The notes: a model not told the origin generated them from the letters alone. Positions 49,097 through 59,225 are shown, counted from the stretch's first letter. The stretch: DNA of 64,000 nucleotides from Halarcobacter sp. (GCA_048571215.1 CP182352.1:1632001-1696000), one strand, 5' to 3'. Made by a program: numbers and translations.

Positions 49097-51282
49097 GATT
49101 TTTTAATAGTCTAAGATTTAAACTAGTAGCTTTTTCTCTTTTGATAGAGATTACTGCTTTATCATTACTAATCATAAATGCAGATAGATTAATACTTAAT
49201 TATTTAAGTTCTTCGATAACAAAACAAATAGAAAGTACAAAATCAAACTTTCAAGCATCACTATTGCCTCTATTAGTAGAAAGAGATTACGCGACACTTG
49301 ATTCTTTATTGAAAGATTATGTTGCTTCAGAGGATTTAATATATATTTTAATAAAAAAAGATGACAAAACTATATCAAGTGCAAATTGGCATCAAAATGA
49401 TTCTATTCCTAAACAAAGTTCTTCACTAAAAAATGATGAAAATATTTATCACACAAGTGTTGATATAATGTTTTCTAATCAATCATATGGAAAAGTTTAT
49501 TTTGGTTTTAATACAAGTTTTTTAAATCAAGCAAGTAAAGAACTGTTTTCCCAAAGCTTTTTTATTGCATCTTTAGAGATTTTATTAAGTATATTGCTAC
49601 TTTTTACTATTGGTTATTTACTTACAAAACATCTAACAACATTAACCCAAGCTAGTGAAAAGATATCACAAAATGAGTTTGATATTAATCTTAAAATAAA
49701 GACAAAAGATGAAATAGGTGTATTATCTAAAACCTTTAATAAAATGGTAGGCAAAATTAAATCACAAATATCTATGATAGAAGAAAGAAATCAATTTAAA
49801 AAAGCTATTTTTGATAATATAGCTTACAATGTAGTAGTATTTGACAAAAATGGTTTAATCACATCATTTAATAAAAGAGCTGAGATAAACTTCGGATATA
49901 GTTCCGAAGAAGTTGTAAATAAAAAAAATATAACTATTTTTTGTGAAAAAAAAGATTTAGAAAAAAAAGCTAAAGAACTTTCATTTATATATAAAGAAGA
50001 GATAGAAGCAAATCATAAAGTTATTACATTCAAAACTGATAAGGGTTTGGAAAATCAAAGCTATTGGGAGATTAAAACTAAAAACAATCAAAAAATAATT
50101 GTAAAACTTATAATAACTGCTTTAAGAGATGAAAATGAAAAAGTAACAGGATATATTGGTGTTGCAGAAGATAAGACTGAAAAATACTATCTTGAAAAAT
50201 CTCTAAAAGAAGAAACTCACAGAATAAAGACCATACTTGATAATGCAGGTGACTTTATACATATATTAGATATAAAAGGGAACCTTTATATGTATAGTAC
50301 TTCATTTATAAATTCTCTTGGATATACTGAAGAAGAAGCGAAAACCTTAAATGTAAAAGATTGGGATATGGAATTAGATTTTAAAGATACTATTGAAGAT
50401 TTAATAAACAATCCAAGAACATTTGAATCAAAACATAAAAGAAAAGATGGAACTCTTTTTGATGTTGAAATAAAAATAAAAGATATAGTTTTAGACGGTA
50501 ATCCTTATTTATATGCTGCATCAAGAGACATAACACAAAGAAATCAAATACAAGAAGAATTAAGACAAAAAGATATGCTTTTACAACAACAAACTAGACT
50601 ATCATCTATGGGAGAAATGATGGGGAATATTGCTCATCAATGGAGACAACCTCTTAGTCTTATCTCTGCAATAGCAACCGCTTATCAACTAAAAAATTCA
50701 ATGCAACAAACAATAACTCAAGAAGAAACACTTGAAAATATGAAAAAAATCAATGATACAGTTCAATATTTATCTAAAACTATAGAAGACTTTAGAAATT
50801 TCTTTAGATCAAGTACACAAAAAGAGATTTTTAAATTATCAAAAGTTATTAAAGATTGTGAAAATATCACCTCAGCAACATATAAAAATAATCATATTGT
50901 TTTAAAAAAAGTAATTGAAGATCCAAATATGGAATATAATGGTGCAAGTAGTATGCTATCTCAAGTTATATTAAATCTATTTTCAAATGCAAAAGATGTT
51001 TTAGTAGAAAAACAAATTAAAAATAAAATTGTAAAGATAACATTGCAATATGAAAATAACTCAACTATTATAAAAGTAAAAGATAATGCAGGTGGCGTTC
51101 CTGAAAATATTGTAGATAAGATTTTTGATCCATACTTTACAACAAAACATCAAAGTCAAGGTACGGGAATAGGTCTATATATGAGTTCGCAAATAATTCA
51201 AAAACATTTTAAGGGGATGATTAGTGTTAGAAATGTGGAAGATGAAGATGGATTCGGTGCAGAATTTATAGTAAAAATTTAA
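49093..51282 (+). CDS. Membrane sensor histidine kinase (HAMP, two PAS, HisKA, HATPase)
   Basis: KDEIGVLSKTFNKM; GEMMGNIAHQWRQPL; DNAGG; FDPYFTTK; GTGIGL. Confidence 0.95.
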   Translation: MRFFNSLRFKLVAFSLLIEITALSLLIINADRLILNYLSSSITKQIESTKSNFQASLLPLLVERDYATLDSLLKDYVASEDLIYILIKKDDKTISSANWHQNDSIPKQSSSLKNDENIYHTSVDIMFSNQSYGKVYFGFNTSFLNQASKELFSQSFFIASLEILLSILLLFTIGYLLTKHLTTLTQASEKISQNEFDINLKIKTKDEIGVLSKTFNKMVGKIKSQISMIEERNQFKKAIFDNIAYNVVVFDKNGLITSFNKRAEINFGYSSEEVVNKKNITIFCEKKDLEKKAKELSFIYKEEIEANHKVITFKTDKGLENQSYWEIKTKNNQKIIVKLIITALRDENEKVTGYIGVAEDKTEKYYLEKSLKEETHRIKTILDNAGDFIHILDIKGNLYMYSTSFINSLGYTEEEAKTLNVKDWDMELDFKDTIEDLINNPRTFESKHKRKDGTLFDVEIKIKDIVLDGNPYLYAASRDITQRNQIQEELRQKDMLLQQQTRLSSMGEMMGNIAHQWRQPLSLISAIATAYQLKNSMQQTITQEETLENMKKINDTVQYLSKTIEDFRNFFRSSTQKEIFKLSKVIKDCENITSATYKNNHIVLKKVIEDPNMEYNGASSMLSQVILNLFSNAKDVLVEKQIKNKIVKITLQYENNSTIIKVKDNAGGVPENIVDKIFDPYFTTKHQSQGTGIGLYMSSQIIQKHFKGMISVRNVEDEDGFGAEFIVKI

Positions 51283-51310
51283 TTATAAAAAACTACTAAC
51301 CAAATCTTAA

Positions 51311-52640
51311 GGGAGTGTTAGAAAATCTGTGTCAGTCTGATATAATAAATATTATAAGGATTGATATAGATGGAAAAGAAAAAACAATTTGATTTTAATG
51401 AAGCTGTACAAGATTTACTTGCAGGTAAAAATATCAATGGTAAAGATGGAGTACTTGCTCCATTAGTAAAACAATTAGTTGAAGCTGCTTTAGAAGCAGA
51501 ATTAGATTCTCATATAACTCAAGATGTATTTGCAGGAAATAAAAATAGAAAGAATGGTAAAAGCTCTAAAACAATAAAATCAACAAGTGGTTCCTTTGAA
51601 TTGAATACTCCAAGAGATAGAACAGGTTCTTTTGAACCACAACTTGTAAAGAAAAACCAAACAACAATGTCTAATGAAATAGAAGAAAAGATATTATCTA
51701 TGTATGGCTTAGGATTAAGCTATAGAGATATTATAAAACATATTGAAGAGATATATCAAATACAATTATCAAGTGCAACAATAAGCACTATTACAGATAA
51801 AATTATAGATAAGGTAAAAGCTTGGCAAAGTAGACCTTTAGAAGCTATTTATCCATTTGTATGGCTTGATGCGATACATTATAAAATAAAAGATGGTGGG
51901 AAGTATGTGAGTAAAGCAGTTTACACAGTTTTAGGGATGGGAATTGATGGTAAAAAAGATATATTAGGATTATATTTATCCCAAAGTGAAGGAGCAAACT
52001 TCTGGCTTAGTGTTCTTACTGATTTAAATAATAGAGGATTAGAAGATATACTAATTGCATCAGTAGATGGTCTTAAAGGCTTTCCTGAAGCTATTAAAAC
52101 AATATATCCAAATACCGAAGTACAACTTTGTGTTGTACATCAAATTCGTAATTCATTGAAGTATGTAGCTTCTAAAGACCAAAAAGAGTTTATGAGAGAT
52201 TTAAAACTTGTTTATCAAGCAACAACAAAAGAACTTGCAGAAGATGAGCTTTTAAAACTAGATGAAAAATGGGGGAAAAGATATCCCATAGTACTTCAAT
52301 CTTGGCAAAATAAATGGGAGAATTTATCTTATTATTTTAAATATCCAAAAGAGATAAGAAAGATTATGTACACTACAAATATTATTGAATCTGTACATAG
52401 GCAATTTAGAAAATTAACCAAAACAAAAGGAGCTTTCCCTAATGAGAATTCACTTTTAAAATTGTTGTATATGGGAATATTAAATGCAAAAGTAAAATGG
52501 ACTCAGCCAGTGCATAATTGGAGTTTAACAATCTCCCAACTTGCTATATTTTTCGAAGGGAGATTGGATAATTATTTAGAGTTGTAACAAGTATGGATTT
52601 GTTACTTTAGGTGACTTGACACAGATTTTTGAACGGTCTC
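51311..52640 (+). mobile_element. IS256-family insertion sequence, copy 2 (1330 bp)
   Basis: Same IRs as copy 1; perfect 8-bp target duplication AATCTTAA at 51303-51310 and 52641-52648. Confidence 0.97.
51370..52587 (+). CDS. IS256-family DDE transposase, protein identical to 15165-16382
   Basis: Identical 405-aa translation in the ORF track. Confidence 0.97.
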   Translation: MEKKKQFDFNEAVQDLLAGKNINGKDGVLAPLVKQLVEAALEAELDSHITQDVFAGNKNRKNGKSSKTIKSTSGSFELNTPRDRTGSFEPQLVKKNQTTMSNEIEEKILSMYGLGLSYRDIIKHIEEIYQIQLSSATISTITDKIIDKVKAWQSRPLEAIYPFVWLDAIHYKIKDGGKYVSKAVYTVLGMGIDGKKDILGLYLSQSEGANFWLSVLTDLNNRGLEDILIASVDGLKGFPEAIKTIYPNTEVQLCVVHQIRNSLKYVASKDQKEFMRDLKLVYQATTKELAEDELLKLDEKWGKRYPIVLQSWQNKWENLSYYFKYPKEIRKIMYTTNIIESVHRQFRKLTKTKGAFPNENSLLKLLYMGILNAKVKWTQPVHNWSLTISQLAIFFEGRLDNYLEL

Positions 52641-54439
52641 AATCTTAAGGCACTTATACTAGCTTTTTGATTATTTTTAATTAGTGTGGCTAAAATATTT
52701 TGTTCTTGTTTATTTATAATTTCACTTTTTAATAATTCAGCTAAAATAGCTGTTACTGTTCTTTCTAATTTTGAAGATATTATTGTAATATTTATATCTT
52801 TTTTAAATAAACTTTTTAGTTTTATCTTATCTTCTAAACTCCATTTTAAGCCACTTTTTTTGGCTTTTCCTTTTTCAAGATTTTTATTTTCTCTTATTTG
52901 TTGTAATTGTTCAGTATCCATTTTTGATAAAACCACTTTTTGCTTATCACCTTCAAACTCATCTTTAATATCAGATATCCTTTTATCTATTAGTTTCTCT
53001 AACTTAGAACTCATTAGATAATGAAAATTTTCACTATCTTTTATAAGGGTATGTTTTGCTCGTGTTAGTGCCACATAAAAAAGATTGAACTCATCAACAA
53101 GCTCTTGATTTGAAAGTTTTTCTAACTCCTTTTGAAATTGTTTCAAAGTATCAAATCCCATATCAAAAATCAAATCTGCAAAATTTGGAAAATCATCTGC
53201 AACTATAACACTATCCCACTCTAAGCCTTTTGCAGTATGAGCAGTTGTTAAAAAAAGTATCTCATCTAATCTTTTTCCAAAGTTGTTCAGCTCTCTATTT
53301 TGCCAAGCTTTGTAAAATTTTTGAGCAATCTCTTTATATTCAAAAATCTGTTCTTGGTACTCTTTTACAACTTTTAGTGCAGTTCTTAGCTCAAAATCAT
53401 CTGTTTCTTTTGCATAGGATGCCAATTCATCTTCATCATTAAAACCTTTTAAAAAAGGGTTTTTTCTTATTTGATCAGATTCATTGTTTAGTAAATAATA
53501 TATTTCAATACTAAGAGTAAATATCTCTTCTGGATTTCTAACAGTTACGAAAGGTTTTCTTTGTTCTATTCTTTTTGATATTATAGATATAAGCTGAGCA
53601 TTTGTTCTTGATATATATCCAAAAGATTTATTATCTTTGTTGTTTTTACTAGATTTTATATTTACTTTTTCACCTTTGAAATTTGTAAGTAATATATTTG
53701 CATAGTTTGCAATTGTTTCATTGAATCTAAAACTTTGTGATAGATAAAGTTGTTTATCACAAGAGATTTTTTCAAGGGCATTTTTACTTCCCCTAAAAGA
53801 ATAGATTTGCTGATGTTTATCTCCCACATATATTTTAATCTTTGCACTTAGAGCATTAAAGATTCCTATAGTTACTTCATTTGTATCTTGGGCTTCATCA
53901 AGCATCACAATATCGTATTGAAATTGAGGTATTTGTTCTTTTGAGATAAGTAAATAGTAATATTTTAAATAAAAACTATGTGTTGGTTTTAAAACCCCGA
54001 TTAACATATGATCAAACATCTTTTTAGCTGTCTTATGTTCTAAATCATCTTCACTAATTTTATCTTGTGTGTTATTGCAAAAATTCTCAAAGATTTTTAA
54101 AGCACTTAAGGCTTTTTCATAAGCTATTTCAAACTCTTTTGCAATATCAATTGCACGATAATTACGCAATGAACTTAAATCTATATTTGTATATTTTTTT
54201 ATGGCACTATATGCTAAACCATGAGTTGTTTTTACATAAGTATTATTTGGAAAGATATTGCTAGCTTCATTTTTTATGGCACTATTAAAGGCAAGATACA
54301 ATATCTTTTTGTCATTAAACTTTTCAGATATATATCTAAGCGTAGTAGTTTTACCTGTACCTGCAAATGCATTTATTTTTATATTTTTATATTTTGCAAC
54401 TGCATCTATAATCTCTTTTTGCTCATTTGTTAAATTCAT
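52607..54439 (-). CDS. UvrD-like SF1 helicase; last 11 residues supplied by the IS256 end
   Basis: AFAGTGKTT, LDEAQD, VGDKHQQIY, SFRF, TAHTAKGLEW, YVALTRA. Confidence 0.9.
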   Translation of the reverse strand: MNLTNEQKEIIDAVAKYKNIKINAFAGTGKTTTLRYISEKFNDKKILYLAFNSAIKNEASNIFPNNTYVKTTHGLAYSAIKKYTNIDLSSLRNYRAIDIAKEFEIAYEKALSALKIFENFCNNTQDKISEDDLEHKTAKKMFDHMLIGVLKPTHSFYLKYYYLLISKEQIPQFQYDIVMLDEAQDTNEVTIGIFNALSAKIKIYVGDKHQQIYSFRGSKNALEKISCDKQLYLSQSFRFNETIANYANILLTNFKGEKVNIKSSKNNKDNKSFGYISRTNAQLISIISKRIEQRKPFVTVRNPEEIFTLSIEIYYLLNNESDQIRKNPFLKGFNDEDELASYAKETDDFELRTALKVVKEYQEQIFEYKEIAQKFYKAWQNRELNNFGKRLDEILFLTTAHTAKGLEWDSVIVADDFPNFADLIFDMGFDTLKQFQKELEKLSNQELVDEFNLFYVALTRAKHTLIKDSENFHYLMSSKLEKLIDKRISDIKDEFEGDKQKVVLSKMDTEQLQQIRENKNLEKGKAKKSGLKWSLEDKIKLKSLFKKDINITIISSKLERTVTAILAELLKSEIINKQEQNILATLIKNNQKASISALRLRPFKNLCQVT

Positions 54440-54535
54440 AATGGAATATTATCTAAAAATATTAAATCTAAATAAAAATATTGCAAATTGTAAGATTAGA
54501 AAATATAGTCTACTCTTTATTTATATTTTAGGATT

Positions 54536-54799
54536 TTATTTTTTAGGTGGTGGCAATAAACTATTGAAATCATATGGTATTATATTTCTCTCCACCTCTT
54601 CAGAAAAATCATATAGTTTTATACAAATACCAAATAAAACAAACCATGCAAATGTTTTATTTATAATTGGTATGGAAAAAAACAAACCACAAATAACCCC
54701 TACTATACCGATAAGTAATAGATAGTTATGAATATTTTTTCTTTTTAGCAATCTATAATAGTGTTTTATTTTTTCTGTGAGTTTATTATATTCAAACAT
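54536..54799 (-). CDS. Hypothetical small membrane protein
   Basis: 87 aa, two hydrophobic segments, GGA RBS. Confidence 0.65.
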   Translation of the reverse strand: MFEYNKLTEKIKHYYRLLKRKNIHNYLLLIGIVGVICGLFFSIPIINKTFAWFVLFGICIKLYDFSEEVERNIIPYDFNSLLPPPKK

Positions 54800-54940
54800 T
54801 TTATTTCCATTTTCTTATTTAGAGAATACTACTATTTAAAAGTTAGATTAATATAAATTTTTATCGTATCATTTATTATTAATTTTCAACTAATTTAGTA
54901 TTATCCAAATTTATAAAATATTTGCTAGATAAGTCTTGGA

Positions 54941-56173
54941 TTAATCTTTTTTTTCTTGTTCTCTTAATTTGTCTTTTTTGCTTTTTCTTTTACCTTTTAT
55001 TGGGGCATTTCCTTTTTGCTTTTTAGGTGGTGTTCCTCTTAATTCAAACCCTTTTATTTGCTCTCTTTGTAGTTTAAGATTAGATCTTTTTTCAATAAGA
55101 TTAAAATGATGAAAATCTTCATAATCAATAAAGGAGATAGCAAGTCCCGACTTCCCTGCTCTTCCTGTTCTTCCTATTCTGTGAATATAATCAGAAGTTG
55201 AACGGGGAAGATCAAAGTTTACAATACAAGATATATCATCTATGTCTAAACCCCTTGCAGCAATATCTGTAGCAAATAATATATTGATATCACCATTTTT
55301 AAAATCTTCTAGTGTTAAATTTCTCTCCTCTTGTTCTAAATCTCCATGAAAAGACAAGGCTTTAAAGCCGTATTTTCTAAACTTTAAAGATATATTCTCC
55401 GCTGATCTTTTAGTTGACATAAAAACAAGTACACTTTTGAGGTTTTGCTCTTTTATAATATATCGTAAAAGAGCACTTCTATTATGTTTATTTATCTCAA
55501 TCACTCTTTGTGTGATTTTATCAACTGTTAGTTCTTCAGACTTTATGTTTACTTTGATTGCATTAGTTGATATTTTAGAAGCTATGTCCAATATTTTTGG
55601 TGGATAGGTTGCAGAAAACATAAGGTTTTGACGTTTTTTTGGTATCTGTTCTAAGATAGAGTCAAGTTCTTGCGAAAAACCTTGATTTAACATCTTATCA
55701 GCTTCATCCAATACAAAAAACTCTAAAGTAGATAGCTGAATCTGTTTTTTACTTAAAATATCTAAAAGTCTACCCGAGGTAGCAACTACGATATCACAAC
55801 CTTGTTGTATATTATAAAGTTGTTCTCCTATACTCTCACCACCTATCAAACTAACTACCTTTAACTCTTTTTCGCAATTTTTAATAAACATATTAAAAGT
55901 TTGTGCTACTTGAAGAGTAAGCTCCCTTGTGGGAGTTAAAACCAAAGCTTTTATCTTGGCTTTTCCCTTTGATTTATTTTTAAATAAAGTTTGAATCATA
56001 GGCAATACAAAAGAAGCTGTTTTGCCACTACCTGTTTGGGCTTGTGCCATAATATCTTTTTGATTTAAAACAAAAGGTATCACTTTTTCTTGTATAGCAG
56101 TTGGTATTTTGTAGCCATTTTCTTCAATAGATTTTAATAAAAATGGTAAAAGATTTAGTTTTGAAAATGGCAT
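54941..56173 (-). CDS. DEAD-box RNA helicase (RhlE-like)
   Basis: AQTGSGKT, PTREL, DEAD, SAT, ARGLD, HRIGRTGRAG. Confidence 0.95.
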   Translation of the reverse strand: MPFSKLNLLPFLLKSIEENGYKIPTAIQEKVIPFVLNQKDIMAQAQTGSGKTASFVLPMIQTLFKNKSKGKAKIKALVLTPTRELTLQVAQTFNMFIKNCEKELKVVSLIGGESIGEQLYNIQQGCDIVVATSGRLLDILSKKQIQLSTLEFFVLDEADKMLNQGFSQELDSILEQIPKKRQNLMFSATYPPKILDIASKISTNAIKVNIKSEELTVDKITQRVIEINKHNRSALLRYIIKEQNLKSVLVFMSTKRSAENISLKFRKYGFKALSFHGDLEQEERNLTLEDFKNGDINILFATDIAARGLDIDDISCIVNFDLPRSTSDYIHRIGRTGRAGKSGLAISFIDYEDFHHFNLIEKRSNLKLQREQIKGFELRGTPPKKQKGNAPIKGKRKSKKDKLREQEKKD

Positions 56174-56304
56174 AAATTATCCTAATATTTTATTAGATTG
56201 AATTGTAGGGAAGTTTCACTTTAGTATTTATTTAATATATTTATAAAAGTAAAATAGCCTTTAATTTAAAAAATCAAGTAAACTAGTACCTGATTTTACA
56301 AAAA

Positions 56305-56514
56305 CTATTTTTTAGATTTTCTTCTTGAGGCTTTTGCTATTTTTGCTTTTTTCTTTGCTTTTGCTTTGTTTAAACTTGCAGCTTTTCTTGCATTTACTAC
56401 ATATTCTTTTGTAGTAGTATCTTTTGTAAATGCTTTTGGTGTTGCATTAGTTCTTAGTTCAACAAGATTCATTTTAGTGCTTTTTACACTGTTGTTATTT
56501 TGACTTTTGCCCAT
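56305..56514 (-). CDS. Small, very basic hypothetical protein
   Basis: 69 aa with a Lys/Ala-rich C-terminus; AGGG RBS; hairpin downstream near 56272-56299. Confidence 0.6.
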   Translation of the reverse strand: MGKSQNNNSVKSTKMNLVELRTNATPKAFTKDTTTKEYVVNARKAASLNKAKAKKKAKIAKASRRKSKK

Positions 56515-56678
56515 TTATAGCCCTAGTTTTTATTAAATTAGCTTTTAAAGGAGAGTTTACTTAAAATTGTATTCTATCTTAAAACTTTGAAATAATAGTT
56601 ATTTAAATATTAATATAAGCTTATGCTAAGATCTATCATCTCCCCAATTTCCCTAGATACTTCTATTTTAAATAGATA

Positions 56679-57026
56679 TTACAATTTACTATTTTTACCT
56701 AAACAAAAAAGAACTATTTTTCTTAGTTTCTTAATAAAAGGATATAAAAACTTCTTAAAAAATTGATTATCTTTGAAATACACTTTTTTTGTAGAAAGTC
56801 TATTTAAAAAAATAATTGCATCAGAGCCTTGATAGATTTTTTTTTCATCTACTTTTATAATAAAACCATCATTTATATCAAAACCTAGACTTTCAAACTC
56901 TTTTATTGCCTCTTTATCCTCTCGTGCATTTATAAGCATAAGTTTATGATTCTCTTTTATTTTTATATAGTTTGCATAATATTTACAAAAAGGGCACTCT
57001 TTGTCATAAAACAGTTCTATTTTCAT
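56679..57026 (-). CDS. DUF393 / DCC1-like thiol-disulfide oxidoreductase family protein
   Basis: FYDKECPFC, GSDAI. Confidence 0.82.
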   Translation of the reverse strand: MKIELFYDKECPFCKYYANYIKIKENHKLMLINAREDKEAIKEFESLGFDINDGFIIKVDEKKIYQGSDAIIFLNRLSTKKVYFKDNQFFKKFLYPFIKKLRKIVLFCLGKNSKL

Positions 57027-57046
57027 ACTAAATTATACAATATAAA

Positions 57047-57499
57047 TTACCATTTTGGTTCAAAGGCTACCCTATCTCCATCATCTGTTGTATACTCTTC
57101 TAGTGAGTTTTCTTTTGATTGAACTACCATATAAATCATAGTTTCATCTGAATCATTTCTAATACCTCTTATACCACTAGGTGCAACACGTATCACAGAA
57201 CCCTCTTTTATCTCAAAAAACTCCCCATCAACTTGAAAAAAGCCGTGACCTTTTAAAATAATATATGACTCTTCATTTTTATAATGTATATGAAAATAAG
57301 GCTGTTCTGTCTTAGGAGCCAAAGAGTTAAAAGATATTTCAGTACCAGTTGATTTTGTAGCCTCTTTTAAAAATACTTTACCCTCTATTTTGTTTTTATT
57401 AACTTTATGAATAAGTGAATATTCCATCAACTCATCTAAACTACCTAAATCAACTGCAGTGTAGTTTTTATCTTCTTTTATTTTTTCAATAGTTTTCAT
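57047..57499 (-). CDS. Cupin domain protein
   Basis: FHIHYKNEESYIILKG, EGSVIRVAP. Confidence 0.88.
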   Translation of the reverse strand: MKTIEKIKEDKNYTAVDLGSLDELMEYSLIHKVNKNKIEGKVFLKEATKSTGTEISFNSLAPKTEQPYFHIHYKNEESYIILKGHGFFQVDGEFFEIKEGSVIRVAPSGIRGIRNDSDETMIYMVVQSKENSLEEYTTDDGDRVAFEPKW

Positions 57500-57519
57500 A
57501 TTTTATCCTTTTATTTTTC

Positions 57520-57537
57520 CTTGACTATTTAGTCAAG
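57520..57537. promoter_or_regulatory. Palindromic operator-like site upstream of the cupin gene
   Basis: CTTGACTA-TT-TAGTCAAG. Confidence 0.6.
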
Positions 57538-57618
57538 TATTTAAAATATTAGTATTTATAAACTGAAATTTTAATTAATGTTTGTATATAATCTTTTAAA
57601 TCAATATAAAGAATATAT

Positions 57619-58242
57619 ATGGAAGATTTTAATTTTTGGATTATTTATATTTTTACAGTTTTTGTAGCTTCAATTATCCCTGGTCCTAGTATGATATTAG
57701 CCTTAACCCATGGAATAAAACATGGTAGTAAATTATCTTTATATACAGCTTTTGGTAATAGTATTGCATCAATGATACAAGCAAGTGTTGCTATAACAGG
57801 TTTAGGTATTATTCTTACAACTTCCACAACACTATTTATGATAATAAAATATATTGGTGCTTTATATTTAATCTATCTTGGAATAAAACTATTTAAAACT
57901 CCATTTCATATAAAAGAAAATAAACAAAAGAATAAGAAAGTAAAAAAAATAAAACTTTTCAATGAAGCTTTTATAGTAGCGAGTTCTAATCCTAAAGCAT
58001 TAATATTTTTTACAGCTTTGTTCCCTCAGTTTATAAATGAAAATAAAAATAGCTTTTTACACTATTTTTTATTAGTTTTAATTCTAGGAATTATAGCTTT
58101 TGCTTGTATGATGATATACTCTATAAGTGCAAATAGCATAAAAACTCTGTTTAATAAAACATCCTTAAGTAACTATTTTGGGAAAATAATTGGAAGTTTA
58201 TTCGTAAGTTTTGGAATAGGATTAGCCTTTTCAAAAAGATGA
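57619..58242 (+). CDS. LysE/RhtB family translocator
   Basis: IPGPS, GALYLIYLG, SNPKALIFFTALFPQF. Confidence 0.92.
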   Translation: MEDFNFWIIYIFTVFVASIIPGPSMILALTHGIKHGSKLSLYTAFGNSIASMIQASVAITGLGIILTTSTTLFMIIKYIGALYLIYLGIKLFKTPFHIKENKQKNKKVKKIKLFNEAFIVASSNPKALIFFTALFPQFINENKNSFLHYFLLVLILGIIAFACMMIYSISANSIKTLFNKTSLSNYFGKIIGSLFVSFGIGLAFSKR

Positions 58243-58269
58243 AAAAATATATGCAAGTATTAATTAAAA

Positions 58270-58668
58270 CTACAAAGTACCACTTTTAATATACAAAAAA
58301 ACTAATAAGGCAAAATCAATAGTTAAATGCATGATTATTGTTAATTCTGCTCTATATCTAAAAGAACTATTATCAATTTGATTTTTAAATGCATCTGATA
58401 ATTCACTTTTTTTTACTTGTTGACAAATCTCTTTATGAATAGAAATACTTAACTTAGTTGAAGTCCATAACATTATCAAGTTTGCGGCAAAGAAAAACAA
58501 TAATCCAATTGCAATAAAGATTGGAGCATTATTTTTCAAACTCTCTTGGGCAGAATCTGTAAATAACCATCCACAAACGGCAAAAATAGCAACTGACCAA
58601 AAGGTCCAATATTGATTTATACGAGATTCAATAGTTTCTCTGAGATTAAATAGCTCTGACAATGTCAT
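58270..58668 (-). CDS. Hypothetical membrane protein
   Basis: 132 aa, about three TM segments, AAGGA RBS. Confidence 0.7.
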   Translation of the reverse strand: MTLSELFNLRETIESRINQYWTFWSVAIFAVCGWLFTDSAQESLKNNAPIFIAIGLLFFFAANLIMLWTSTKLSISIHKEICQQVKKSELSDAFKNQIDNSSFRYRAELTIIMHLTIDFALLVFLYIKSGTL

Positions 58669-58796
58669 TAAATCTTCCTTTTTTTATAATAATTTTTATT
58701 ATATCAAAAGTTTTAAAGTAAAATCAATGCTTATACTTTTTTTGAGAAAAACGCTCCAGAGCTTTAAAAGGTAAAACCTTCTAAAACCCTGTACTC

Positions 58797-59225
58797 TTAA
58801 GATTTTTTTCTTTGAAAAAAACTAAATGCACCAAAAATACCAAAGAGTATTCCTAAGGCACTTAAAATCCCAAGATACCTCTCAACTGGTAGTTTATCAA
58901 AATCTATAACTTTATAGTCATCTGATAATTCAATATTAAACTCTTTTTCATGATTGCCATGATCACTTGACATTGTTACTATTACATGCCACTTACCTGC
59001 ACTATCAGGCATAAAAGCAAAGTTACCATTTATATCTGTATAACCTTTTGCATATGGTAAATTTCCACCTGGGGCAAAAACTTTCACTTTTGCATCACTT
59101 ATACTAATATTATTGGCAGAGGTGATATGTACACTTACCCCTCCCTCTACTACATCATAAAAAAGTCCATGCCCAAATAATGAAATACTTGAAAGTAAAA
59201 AGGCAAAAAAACACTTCTTAAACAC
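58797..59225 (-). CDS. Putative Ni/Co transport accessory protein (CbiL/NikL-like)
   Basis: Signal peptide followed by His; GYTDINGNFAFMPD..G.W; DHGNH; C-terminal TM. Confidence 0.6.
   Translation of the reverse strand: MFKKCFFAFLLSSISLFGHGLFYDVVEGGVSVHITSANNISISDAKVKVFAPGGNLPYAKGYTDINGNFAFMPDSAGKWHVIVTMSSDHGNHEKEFNIELSDDYKVIDFDKLPVERYLGILSALGILFGIFGAFSFFQRKKS

Noticed and set aside
15112..52640. The IS pair as a composite transposon that brought in the intervening DNA
   Set aside because: Each copy has its own target duplication, the outer flanks do not match each other, and the enclosed genes are housekeeping.
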